Source of the DNA: Stylophora pistillata
Taxonomy: Eukaryota
Length of the DNA: 64,000 nt
NCBI RefSeq assembly: GCF_002571385.2
Contig: NW_019217837.1
Coordinates: 833,714 to 897,713 of the forward strand
Direction of reading: 5' to 3'
Shown here: positions 23,489-36,550 of the stretch, one piece after another
How positions within the stretch are numbered: the stretch's first letter is position 1
Layout: every line of letters starts with the position of its first letter
The notes under the pieces: model-generated
The model's input: only the letters and a program-made list of their open reading frames with translations
The model's database searches: none
Told to the model about the DNA's origin: nothing
Position numbers and translations under genes: made by a program

Positions 23489-26400
23489 ATGGCATCAACC
23501 CTATACGAGGTGCGATTTGATTTCCGTCTATTATTTCAAGTCCTTATTTAGCAATGTATACATGGCACAGTATCTATTTAATTTTGTCATTAATGAACAC
23601 GTATCTCACTGCCTTTGCCTTAGTCGATTGTGCAAGGAAAAGACAACTGCAACAACAATACATGCGTAACGTTCGTAAAATACTCATTTACGAGAGACAA
23701 CATTCAAGAGACGCACAAACAGAGTCAAGCGAAAAAAATTCTCTGAACGTAACGTTTACTAAGATTACGTCCTTCTGAAAAAGAAAATTATTTTTTAGCT
23801 GAACACATTTCGTCAATGACGGCGTTGTGTTGGTATGTTGCTCTTTAAAATGATCAAGTCTCCCTCTCTGGAAGCTTTTAAAAATGACAACCAATTCTAC
23901 CCATTTGCTCAGAAATCAACAAACTTTGTTAAAATCTTAAATTTCAAACGCGCATGGGAAAAGACACTAACTTGCTTATATCTTAGCCACCGAGCTTATG
24001 GCCTCGAGTCAGTTCCTGTAAAACCAACAGTTCAACAGGATTACAATACATGTAGCTCATTTGAAATTTCAGGGAATGTTACACGGTGATAAAAGCAGAA
24101 ATTATTTATGTGCGCCTAAAGGCATTTTAAGGTTTAAGTATTTTTTTTTATAAGTATTTTAATAATAAAGCTAAGTCTTGTAATGACTACATTATATCAT
24201 TTTGTGATATGTTCATGTGCCATACGAAGACATCTAAACATTAAACGAAAATAGTTATTAAACTCCATTATTTGCACGTGAATTTTTTAATATTATATAA
24301 CACGGAAGTTAGAAACTAAAAGTAAAGATCACTTTTTTATTCGAAGCCCAAAATTTCCTCAACGAGAGGTGAAAGGCAAGAGTGATTTAGCATCTGATAC
24401 ACTGCCATCTCCATAATAGGCAATGCTGGAAATCGCACTGTGAATTAGTTATTCTCGGTTCTTAGCTTTTCCTTTGTTGACCATTTCTGGTAACTTGGTG
24501 TGATATTGAGGCTATAAATTTCCTATTTGATGACACTGTTAATTCTCATACTTGACAGAGTAAGAAGATTTTACTTAATGATCATTCGTGGGAGTGAAAG
24601 GGTAAATAAGTGCCTTAGGGGTAAGAGTGAACATTGACCAAACATCATTTAATAGCTTAATTTGGAAATAAGACAGCGAGCATGGTCCATATCAAATAAA
24701 ACCAAACAGATTCGCAAATTTGCAATAGGACACGATAATAATGAATGATGCAGTATTTCAAAGCCTACGAAATAATTTAGTCAGATTTATATTGAAATGC
24801 GGATTAAAAACGTTGGACCAACATTTTGGTTCTATTCGCAACAATTCTTATGGTATGATGAATATTAACGATATAGATAAAGCTTTACCATGTTAATTTA
24901 GTCACAAGTGGAAGAAAGAAAATATCCGGGTTTCATTTTCTGTTTTGTAGAACGTGGAAGATTGGCACTCAAATGAGGATCGAAAAGATTTACTCTCATC
25001 TGGCGAAATAGAGTCACTTCAGGTCAAAGGAGATATCGAAGAGCACGATGATGGATATGAAGAAATATGTCCAAAACAACAACCACAGGATGAAAAAACT
25101 GAAAGAGAGCTGGATGGTGTGGATGGAAATGCAAAGGAAAATGGTCACGAGTGTAGTGATGAAAACGGCAACGGTATTGATGAAGAACTCGATGAAGATG
25201 AGGTAAATGATGACGAAGAAACAGTGAATGGCAGTAAGCGTGACCAAGATGATCAGGACAAAGACGAAAGCGTCGAGACACTTGCCGAAACGAACGGAGA
25301 AGAGGCCACATCATCAGTACCTTATTATGGAAGAACTCTGGTAGCTCCCGAGTATATGAACTTTCTTCCTCCCGAATTCGAAGAAACTTCTCAGGCTGGA
25401 GAGGGGAATGAAGCAGAAAAAGATTCTGCCCAAAGCACCTTACTGAAAGAATTCAAAGATCAAATTAAAGAGGACCGCAAAGAAGATCAGAGGGCAGAAG
25501 AAACATCCGTTCAAACTGTTGAGAATGAGAAAGAGAATGAAGACGACTTAAGTTCGCCCGAAGAAGAATTGGACGAAGTTGAAAGTGAAGTTGAAAAAAA
25601 AGAAGATGGATGACAGTCTTGTACCGTTGAGAGGGTGGAACAGAGCGAAGGAGAAGAGGAAACAGTTGAGGAGGAAAAAGAAGAGAAAGAGGAAGGGAGC
25701 GATTCAAGTAATGGTTCAAAGCTTACCCCACTGGAAGAGGAGGGATCCCCACAGCTAGCTCAAGAAGAAGATGATGAAGACCAAAGTGAAGGCGAGGAGC
25801 CAGAGAAAGATAATGAAGACATTGGAATCAAGGAGGAGGATGAGAAGTTAGGCAACGGCGAGGAGGCAGGAATTTTGAGTGTGGAACAAACGCTTGAAAA
25901 AGGGAGCGAAATCAGTCCTGAATTAGCTAAGGTAAATGATGAAGACAGCGACAGTGACGAAGAAATAGATATCGAGCATGAAGAATCAGGTCGAAAGCAT
26001 TCCTCTTCTCTCAAAGTACACGTCCACTCGCCAACTCCAGATGTAAGCGAAGTGGGTTCTGCTGCCCAGTCGTTCGACGCTGGAGAAGACCAAGTCACCG
26101 GTCAACAAGATACGGCACAAGAACAGTCTTTTAAGGAAATTGGCAAAGAAGAACAAGAACGAAACTTGGTAAGCATAACCTGACTACTTTAATCACAGGG
26201 TATATTCACTGATCAATGCTGCCCCATATATGGTAAGCATGGTAAGCATACCCTGACTAGTTTAATCACAGGGTATATTCACTGATCAATGCTGCCCCAT
26301 ATATGGTAAGCATGGTAAGCATACCCTGACTACTTTAATCACAGGGTATATTCACTGATCAATGCTGCCCCATATATGATAATAAGGATAATGGCAGGTC

Positions 26401-27509
26401 ACTTTCTGTGTTCCCATTTTCTTGTAAACTCAGATACCCTAACTATACTTGCACTTGAATTAGATAAAGGTATGTAAAAACAGAACAACATTGAAGGCTC
26501 TTTTAGATTTTTTTGTCTATTCTAAGTAAATAAGACAAACGGTTATACGGTAGGGACGCGTTTTTTTCCTGAAGTGACATGCGTGTTCTCTTTATTTAAC
26601 GTTTGCAGTTCAGTGAGCCAGTTGAAACTAATGACAATTATCAGGATGAAGATGATGAAGGACACGAAGCAGTTGATGGTGAGACCTACCAAGAAGGGGA
26701 TTCAGAGGAAGATCGCGAGGGTGGCGATGAGACCGGGGCGGAAAGTTGTGAAAGTGACCAAGAAGCCGCGGACGAAGTGGAGGCCGAGGTGACTGATACA
26801 TTCACAGAGGCGCCGTTGAAAGAGGACTATGCTGGTAAGTATCATAAAGCCCTTGCCAGTAATTCAAAAAGCTAGTTTGAATTAACTGAAAGAAGAAAAT
26901 GTTACCGACTAAACTAGGTACACCGTTAGCTGGACTTGGTATATTGCTTTATAAGAGCTCTTCTTTCCTTATAAGTTCATTTCAGTTTACAAGGTCAAGA
27001 AAGGGAGTCGGACCTCACCGGAAAAGTGAAGGAGCTGGGAAGGATGTTCGATGGAGGTGGTCCAGTATTTCCTTCATCTGGGAGGAATAACTCTGAAGGA
27101 GGTAAAATTTTAAACTTATTTAAACTGAAATCAGAATAAGTGATTAGATGGAGGTCAAAGTTGATAAGTTAAACCACAGAAAATGCATTAGGTTAGGTCA
27201 CTAAGAGACGCATTTTGCCATTTCATCTCTTGCAGTTGATGGGTCTCCAATCAGTGTGCGCAAGTACAAAGCCATTTTTGAGCAAGACCAAAATTCGGTT
27301 CAGGGTGCTCGAGACCCAGGTGAGCTTTCATTTAAAACTTTACAGTTGGTGCATCAGCTTTTACAGGAGTATCGCAACTAAGTGACTCAAAAACAGTTTA
27401 CCCTCCTTCAGGACGAAGAGAAGAATTGATCAATCCTCCGAGAGGCATGGTGAAAAATTTGCGAGGATTCTTTGAAAATCCGCAGGGCTTGGAAGCAAGG
27501 AAAGGATGA
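23489..27509 (+). CDS. Highly Glu/Asp-rich disordered protein with three C-terminal V[KR]xxxxxF[ED] repeats; internal in-frame TGA at 25611
   Basis: Exons 23489-23509 (MASTLYE), 24951-26168, 26609-26834, 26994-27101, 27236-27319, 27412-27509 (TGA), all GT-AG and phase compatible. Probable 5' UTR donor at 22333 and a 3' UTR intron starting at 27511. Confidence 0.78.
26168..26377. repeat. Tandem repeat, 3 units (64, 73, 73 bp), starting at a splice donor
   Basis: Unit GGTAAGCATA[AC]CCTGACTA[CG]TTTAATCACAGGGTATATTCACTGATCAATGCTGCCCCATATAT; units 2 and 3 carry an extra GGTAAGCAT. Confidence 0.95.
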
Positions 27510-28015
27510 GGTATAGACACTATAGTACATAATGAAAGTATTTTTTTTTTCTTCTACTAACTCATTCAATTGAAGTCACCGTTCAATGGTACCAATGTTG
27601 GATCTAACAAATGATAAGGTCTCTTCCATCCCACTCATTTGTGTGGATCATCCATGGTAATATTTTAGAGACATTAAGATTTTCTTCCATCAATGCAACC
27701 CTTAGCCTCGGCTTTCATGTCAGTTAAATAGAAATCTAGCGTCATTAAGAATGGTGCATGAATAAGCTCCAAGAAAAAAAAAATACTGAAGGGTTAAGGT
27801 GGAGGTCTGCTCGTGTAACGAAGGTAATTACCGATCAATGGGATGCTTCTTTCGAAATCCTTGCCGTGTACGTATTAACAAAGGCTTGCTTCAGTTAAGG
27901 CGTGAAAGGAGTGGAAAAGAGAAAGAAAATAGATGAGGGAGGGCAGGCGAACATGGATTTGAAACCACTTCTGAAATCTGTTTCGTTAAGTCGGGGGCCG
28001 AGAAAATCATCAACA

Positions 28016-28403
28016 TTTATAACATAACCAAAGTAAAGCGCGCGCTCTGATCGGTCAATTTAGCGCCCCCCATTTGCCCATGGGTGTATGCTGGTGACGT
28101 GAGCAAATGCAAAGACTATTTTTCCGCGCGCGCTTGTTTTTTTCTGGTCGCGTAAGATTTGTTAAATAAAAGGGAACTCTTTAGCTACAATGTATTAATG
28201 TTATGTTATAAAACAAATGGTAAACACCACAGCGTACACTATTGAGTTATGGATGCACGCGGGAGGTTGCTAAGCACGAAAGAAGCGTAAGAGTCGCTCT
28301 CGGCTATCGCCTCGAGCGACTCTTACGCTTCTTTCGTGCTTAGCAACCTCCCAAGTGCATCCATAACTCAATAGTGTACGCTGTGGTGTTTACCATTTGT
28401 TAA
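28016..28403. mobile_element. Non-autonomous bipartite hairpin element (inverted-repeat unit plus ~190 bp near-perfect palindrome)
   Basis: TTTATAACATAAC...GTTATGTTATAAA (28016-28212) followed by AACAAATGGTAAACACCACAGCG...CGCTGTGGTGTTTACCATTTGTT (28212-28401). A second copy of the palindrome arm starts at 44134. Confidence 0.88.
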
Positions 28404-31400
28404 TTGGCTCACTCAGGGGAAAACTGTCATGGCTTCACATACTTATCATTATCTCATTATGTTTCAGCTGGACGCTCAACGAAGATCCGTGGATCTACAA
28501 CTTAATCACATTTTATCTAAAAGACCGTTGAGCAAGTCATTTAAATGAAAGTTATTAGCAGCAATCTTTTACATGGATATATATGATATCAGTATCCAGT
28601 TATCTAAGGTAGCTTAAAGTCAGTACTTTCAAGGGTGGAGCTTTGATCACCCCAAACTTTATATGGAAGGCACTGGGATATATGAAGCGGCGAACATATT
28701 TTGAGAGAAGCCTAAGAGGTTAAATTTAGGCTTGATAAAGAACTTTGGAAATAATTTTACCTAGATTTTATGGCACGAAGAAGTGAGATAAAGCATAAAA
28801 CAGAAGCGCAAAAAAACCCTTAATTAAATCCAACTAGTTAAGCACTGTTTTATCAATATCTAAAAATGGTTCAATGAAAACAAAAAAAATCCCGATATAT
28901 TCCAAAGAATGCTTATACCTAAAGATAAGAGACAATTCTCGAGTTAGAAAAGGATTTTTGCACATTTGTATGTGGATAAATGTTATAGAAATGGAACTCA
29001 ATGGTGATTATCGTCTAGGGATTTGTCTACAATAATCCTTGACCAAAATGAAAAAATAAAATGTAAAAGTAAGGTTTCATGTATTGGCTCACCCTTTAAT
29101 TTTTCCTATTTTTCTAGTCAAAAAAAGTAATTATGTTTCTTAGTTAGGAAGTATAGATAAATAGACTTAAAAAATATTTTCTGTGCATCAGCTAATCTGA
29201 ATGACTGTAGCACAGAGTTTTCCGAGCGAATAAAATACAAGGAGTCTTGCAAGAGCACAGTAAATAGTTGAACTGAGGAATAGCATTTGATCGAGTAGTC
29301 TGATCTTTCGGGGAAGAACAGTCCTGGAAAGGACTGTTGTCTGTATATGTTGCGCAATTTTCGATTAGAGTAGCACGAGTGGAATCGATGCCAAGAAGAA
29401 TTTATAACAATGTTTCGAAAACTGACAAAATGACCACACGTAAGTCCCAAGGCAATAAACCGCCACTGTGCCCACATAACTTCAGATTTACCATTGATTC
29501 TATTGACGTAAGGCGATAATGCACGGTCCGCAGAAAAAAGAGATATTTTAGAAATCAAATTACAAGAGTGAAAAACAATCGTCAGAGGAAGGAAGAATAA
29601 CGTCAACAGTTATCCTCGACTGACGTGGTTTGCGCACATTTTTGAGATATTTTTTTTTTAAGAGGGATTGTGAGCCGGTTTAAACTGAAAGCAGGACGTC
29701 CGTGGTTTTATTCTCAGACAGATGGTTCCTGTATCTAAGAGGTCTAAACTATCTCTTTCTTTCTGATACATCAGCATGAAAGAAAGCACGACAAATTAAA
29801 AGAAAACATACTTGCATGGCATTAACTTGACTAAAGCCTTCAAAACTATTATTACAGAGTTTACAATCGTCTGCGTCTATTGTTCTTAGCGTAACTTTCC
29901 CGGTTGATTGCGTGATGCGCTTCGACAGCACGTACGTATAAGTATCACATCAAGTGTTAAATTTCGTTTTACAGAACAGAGGTGTTATATGGGGCAACAA
30001 AGGTCAACATTTCTTTTGAAAAAAGCACAGTTGTTTGCTGGTCGGGAAATTAACAAAAATGCCTTGGTAAGTGGCGCTTGGACAAAAAGGTATGACTGAC
30101 TACTCTTGAATTTAAAATGCACCCAAGGGAAATAAAAAATCAAGTATGTTTCCTCTGTCGCCGAACCATGAATGGAACGAACGCCGGCAACTCAGTTAGC
30201 AAGATTACACGTGCATTGTTCAGTCTAAATTATCATCAGATGTAAATATGAACGAGAGTTTGTATCTTCCCTTTACCTTTAAGTGTAAATTTTGTATTTA
30301 CACTGAGTAACTTCGTGCTTAAAACTTTTATAGAATAGATAATTGTTCCATCTGCAAGAGTTGAACGACAGACAAAAGATGCAGTGCTTAAAAAACATAT
30401 AATTACGGCCTGTTATTGTGATCAGGAACGATAAACACGTCAGTACGCCGAAGCTCTTTTGAGAGATCAAGTTAAAAGGAACTGCAGTCTTAATTGTTTG
30501 CATATGGTGCTAATAACGCACTCTCGCCGCCAAAATGTAACTCTGAAGGTGAGTTAAGTTTTGTAAAAGGAAACAACTGACGAAATGTTTCCGAATTTGT
30601 CATACATGTACCCACGATGACACTCACTTAAGCAGAAAGAGATAGAGACAGAAGGACCAAGTTTGCCTTTACTTATGGCCTGCTAAAGTCCTAATCACTT
30701 GTAACCTTCTTCATTCGTCCATTTGATAGTTTGTTTCACTGCCTGCCAGTCTTCTCCAGCCTTAGTGCACAAAAGTCATAAACATCCAATGTCGATTGGC
30801 AAACGGTTAATTCTGTGTCATTCTCTGTGTCATCGCCAGCCACAAGCTTACTCTATACGACAACTTTAGTAAAGAATCGTAAACGTTCTGACCTCACGTT
30901 ATATTTAAGTAGAGTCGCTCCTTCTCCTGAATTTTTTTATTTTTTCTGTTACACGGATTAAATTAGAGTCTAGGTCATGAAGGAGAGTAAGTCAAATGAA
31001 GCTTGCTGGGCGTATAACCTCGCACTATCATAGTAGTTTGTATTAAACTACATTACACTTAATAGAAATTTAACAAAGGTATGAAATTTCGTATTATTTT
31101 CCTTTTTAACTGGTGAGTTCAGTATCTTTCAGTACCTGACTATTTCATAGAAATGTCACATAATTCGTTTCTGCAGTTTGCTTTAGATTGACTATCATGT
31201 TGCGGCGAGCGGCTTTTGCATCGTTAGAGTCCGTAAGAAGAATGTTCGAGTCTAATTTGTTTCTGTTGATCAAGCTTTGTGGTTTTCTGTCACTGAGCTT
31301 ACAGGATAATCTATATTTGCATTATAATGAGCTATTTTGGTAGCTGCATCGATGTTAGTCTGGAGACAAAGTAACGGGCCGTTATTGTAGTAAAATCACT

Positions 31401-31881
31401 GGGTTGCATCGCATGATCCAGTGAGTTCGCAAAGACGGCCCTATGAAATATACCTTTGGTATTTTGAGGGGAAAAAATAAACACAACAAAGGTTATTCAA
31501 TTGACATTTGAACCAAAGATATCAATGTACAGTTTTCTGTCTTTTAATCAGTCACATCATTGAAGTTTCGTGATAAGGAAAGATAAGGACTAAGTTTTCC
31601 TTTTTTCTGATTACTCAGTAACTCACCCGTTTTGAAACTAAAATAGTTCCCATTAGAATCAGACGTAATTTCTTTACTGAAAAGAAACTTAATTGTTCTT
31701 ACACTGCAAAACAATTAAGATTTGAATAATATCTTTCATCGACTAACAAGCTTTATTCTTTAGATAAATCATATGCTTATGTTGGTAACAAGACAGAGTG
31801 GAGTTTAATTAGGTCCGTAATCATGATTGTTTACAAAATCGGCCGACCCGTAGTGGGAATCTGACTTAGTTATCATAGCAG

Positions 31882-32104
31882 TTTTGGTTTTATCAACTGA
31901 GTTGATAAAGTAAATTGGCCACCGTAAAGAGTTTCAAAGCTCACGTTTCGAGGGTTAGCCCTTCGTTAGAGCGAGCGTTAACCCTTCGCTCTGACTCTTT
32001 CGGGTGGCCAATTTACTTTATCAACTCAGTGGATAAAACCAAAATTATCATGTTACTCCCACCGACGTAGCATCACAGTTTCTTTAGAAACTTATCCCCT
32101 TTAT
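31882..32104. mobile_element. Palindromic repeat resembling a Penelope-like element terminus
   Basis: ~40 bp inverted arms TTTGGTTTTATCAACTGAGTTGATAAAGTAAATTGGCCACC / GGTGGCCAATTTACTTTATCAACTCAGTGGATAAAACCAAA around a degenerate hammerhead-like core. Related copy at 37880-38075. Confidence 0.65.
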
Positions 32105-35100
32105 GAAGTTCTCGTGAGCATGATTACAGCCAGAATTGGACAGTACAATGTCCATTTTAACAATTCAACAAAACCAAGAAAATTTAACAAACGAAATATC
32201 CATTCCTTAAGCGTATTCATAAAGAAAACAATATGGTAGCAACGAGCAAAAATGGTGCATATTTTCCAATAGCAAGCATAAGTCGTATACTGTCCTTTTG
32301 GTGCTAAATTAAGGCCACTCGGATGGCCAATCACGTTATAGAAAAAGCAATATTTGACAATGGGTCCATCACAAAAACCAGCAGGTGCAGGGCAATGTCA
32401 GCAAAATACTATTTCACTATTTTTCGAAATACTTAAATTTTGTTACAGGCTAATAGTTTTTGCTAGAGGCTACGAAAATAAGCGTATTCAAGTGAGGTTT
32501 TGGAATTGTCAATGGCATGTAGTAAACATTATTTGAAAACGTTTCCCGTAATTGAGAAGTGAATAAAATAAGATATAAACTTAAGGTAGCACTCACAATA
32601 TCATTGCAGAGATTTTTTTTCACCTCAACTTTATACCTTTCACACCTTCACCGACGAATAATTCAGGAACTTACGACAGTCGATAATTGTTCATCAGCTC
32701 TAAAAGTTCTAGATTTATGTCCAGAGTATAGTGTTTGTTCAAGGTGAATGACACCTGTTCTGCCAAGGGGCAGGGATTCTAAGTCTCGTAAATCCAAGCC
32801 TGCTACTGGTCAGAACAACTAGAGACAGTTATCGAGAGAACTTTGCATCGCCATGAGGAGAGCAGAACAAATATGTAAGTAACTATTGCAATTTGTGCCG
32901 GTCTTGTACCATTAGATTCAAAAATAGTTGAGTAGTTCTGCAGCACGTAATTCAACAGGTATGAAACAACGGCCAGCGGAATTGAAAATAAAAACGCTAA
33001 TGCTGAGTATGAAGAGTCCATCAGCTAATCGAATCGTAACAACCCTCGTATTTATTTATCATGATTTTACACTTATGCCAAACCTAGTCTCACAAAAATA
33101 TCTTGCCCAGTCGAGTAAGAACAAACTAACATATGCTTTATAACGCTTTTGAGTAGTCCCGATTAACCAGATGCACGAAATCCGAAGTAAACACGGTTAA
33201 ACATGATAACAGTACCTGCCGAGCGGTTAAAGCAATTTCGCTTTGCATTTTGGCCGGGCATGTATTTGAATTGCTGGTTTTAACGTAGACGGCTAGATCT
33301 GATGTGTCACCGTACTTACGTTGCTCTTTTAGTTTTATACTCGCTTGGTTCTCCTTTTCTATGATAACGCCCCCTTGAAGGAAATTAAAAAAAAAAAATA
33401 CAGAATAACTTGCGAATACTAGTCCCACTTGTCAACTAAAGAAGTAATTTTATTCACTTGCGGCGGCGTGACGACCACAAGAGCTTCACAGAATTTTAAA
33501 TCAGTTCCCGTCCTCCTCTCGTCGGTGATATTCCATAGCTGATAGAAAGTGCACCTGACCTGTGTTAATGAGTTGTGTTATTGCAATGACAAAAATGAGT
33601 CAGTAGGCCCGAAACTGCTCCATGCGATACTGGCAAACTCAAATCGGCACTTAGATACATGACACAACGAATCAAAAATGATAATGCATAAGAAAATATT
33701 TGAAAAAAATTATGTTTGACATTTGTTTCCGTAATATTTATTCACGCTCGCATCTGGCCAGGTTTCATTCGTTATTTGCATTTTCTTTTTATGACTTCGT
33801 TTACAGTTTTCACATGTGGTGAGCAAATTTTTAGGTTTCCCAAACATAATCGACTCGGAAAAATAACTTTCTGGTTCGGATTAAGAGGAGTATTCAGTCT
33901 CAAAGATGAATTACTTTTTGTTTCTAATGCTAAGTAATAGTCGAAGAATAAAGTAGAATAAACATGAATAAGTCCAAAGAAAATTATTTAGAATGGACAA
34001 ATAAGCTATTTTTATCACCAACACCTGTTATAATGCTTGCTGCGAGGTTTTCACTTCCTGAAGGCAAGAGCGGAAAGGAAAACATCAGTTGCGATAGGCA
34101 CAAGACACGTATACTTTGAAAAACTTGTTTTTTACTAATATGGGAGGACGCCATTTACGACGTTTCTCGTACGATATGGTAGGCTAGAAGTTGGTAAGTT
34201 AAGGCTATTTAAAATCACCTTATTCACTGGTCTTAGACATATCTCCGGAAATTCAATTCGGACGCGATGAATGTATACCGTCGAATAAGGTATTACCAAA
34301 ATGTAAACAGACAGCTCTCTAATGCTCAGTACAAAACGGGCTTAATTTAGATTGCGGGTAAAGAATTATCTTGTCCAGTCTGTGTTTCATATTCAAGCAA
34401 GGTTACATTGCCGTATGAATAAGAGAATGAGGATAAGATATAAAACAAGAAATTTGAAATTAAAACGGCAATTTTAATGGAACTTTTTTCGGTTTACGTT
34501 CATTTGTACCACGCTGGCTTCAGCAAGGCAAGACACTCAATTTGTTTTTAAGACCTCGTCTTTAAATTTTTGAATAATTCAGAAAATCAGCTGGTGGCAT
34601 ATTGTCAGAATTTTTCGGCCAATGAGATTTTCTACATAAAAATTGAAGCATAGGTCATTATAAGCATTATACTACATGATCTTAAAAATTGATCTTTCGT
34701 TGAGCCTTACTTCATTTTATAATAGATATGTTCGTCCTAATCACGATAAGGTCAAGATCGTGGTAGATTTCCTGATAAGCAAAGGCCTTCTAAAGATCCA
34801 CTTGAGTTCACGAAATATATTCATATTAAGCGTTTGTTGTGGTTTTCCGGCGGCCAGCCTGTCCGTTTGAACTGAAAGACGAAGGAAGCAATCGACAGAA
34901 TAAACAATTTTATGTCGATTCTAGCCGATTACAATTGCAAATTCAAATAAATGGTAATTTTTGCAAGTCAGAATTGATCACGAACTCTGGCTACGAAATA
35001 AACAATGATGATCATATTAGCAAATACTGAAAGGCCTCGTCTAATCTGCGGTCGTCGAACTCTTTGGACTGCCTCTTGGCCTTACAAGGTATTCATTGCT

Positions 35101-36550
35101 TTTTGTTCATTCAAACATTTTAGCAGCTTTGTATTGACTTAGGTCCCATTACGTTGAACTGAAATCTACAGTTAGAATCATCTCTTTACGACCTATAAAG
35201 TATTTGCCCAAATTTTTGTCAGAAAAGGAGTTAAAGAATAATCCTAAAAAAATTTTCATTTTTAACGTTATCAAGCTGTGTACATGAGCTAATATAAATG
35301 ATTTTCACTACTGAACCCAAACACGAAAACACCAGTCATGTCTCATTAAAGTGAGTTGCGAGCGTCGATCTTTTCATAGAAATGTTAAGTAGTTCGACAT
35401 TGAAATTTTTCGTAATTATATCTTGTGATAAAGTAAGGAAATAAACTTATCTTTAGTCTGTAAAACTGGCTGAAATTGAAATTGCCTATTAGATTTTAAG
35501 GTTTTATTGTGGCGTATAATTAGTTAGATACGTCATTTCTTTTTTTTACTAATTCAAAGCTCAGGCGAGAATGACGCTGATTTTTACAGATCCTTTTGGT
35601 AAATCCCAAAGCTTTATATTGACTACTATTTCGTATGGTTCAAAATGTCTTGAGGTTAACTAAACTCGAAAAAACCTCGCCTTGCAGGCCTACAAAACCT
35701 GACGATGTTATCTGTACTCCGCCTTCCACATACATTCGAAATGCCGGTTGCCCGTCAAACGAATTCAATTGCCAAAACAGATCTGTACGTTTTCAGTTAG
35801 CACTAATAATATAATCAGTATAATTCAAGATATGTAGAAAAGATTCACGTTTTGTTCGGACATCTCTGAAAGAACCAAATCAGTAAAGAAATCTCGTGCC
35901 ATATGATTTAGTGACGTACATAGGTACATGTATTATACTTAACGTCTATGATATCGAAACGATAGTCATGAGACAGGCAGTGTGGTTATAGAAGGACAGA
36001 ATCTTGAATGCCACTAAAGGAAAAAAATCTTCTGGCTCGTCTAGACAGAAAAATTGGTATTCGAATGAATGGGTTGAAAATGGTACTATATATAACAATT
36101 AGCGTTTATTATCAATGACAAATATTCGAATCGTCAGCAATGAAAGTGACGGCCATGATTTGCATATTGCCGGAACAGGCTGAGATTGACAAAAGTTCCA
36201 GTTAGGTTAATTCTGATGTGAGTACGTTTAAGAAGTGAAATTCTAAGAAGTAACAATATTTCTCTATTTCGGTTTATGAAAACAGGTGGTGCCGATTGGT
36301 GTAATGCTTCGGCTTGTACCTTGGTTGGTGAAGTGCAGTCGACACTCAGTCGTTCATAGCCTACAATAAATTCAACATTTTGTGCGGTCGGATCGCAAGA
36401 GCTTCTGTGTGCATTAATTCCTTCTGCAGTCTACTCCTGGCCGGACCTTAACACGGTTTAAACACTGTCATTGATTCCAAGCCCACCATAAAAACAACCA
36501 GTAACAAGCTGGAGGTGATCGAATTTTAATAGAAAAATTGATCACAGTTT

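Noticed and set aside
25611-25613. Selenocysteine codon
   Set aside because: It lies in a low-complexity disordered region with no redox motif, and I could not identify a SECIS element.
25014-26098. Minus-strand Ser/Leu/His-rich ORFs
   Set aside because: Antisense shadows of the GAA/GAG-rich acidic exon.
26168-26377. CRISPR-like array
   Set aside because: Head-to-tail repeats with no unique spacers, in a eukaryotic intron.
24951-26834. Secreted acidic skeletal-matrix protein
   Set aside because: The N-terminus (MASTLYENVEDW) has no signal peptide and the protein is Glu-dominated with intracellular-type C-terminal motifs.
29118-29606. 162-aa minus-strand ORF
   Set aside because: Non-ATG start, no motifs and no splice context; probably chance or an unrecognised transposon relic.
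32100-33430. Decayed membrane-protein gene on the minus strand
   Set aside because: Several short hydrophobic ORFs, but no recognisable family motif or consistent splice model.
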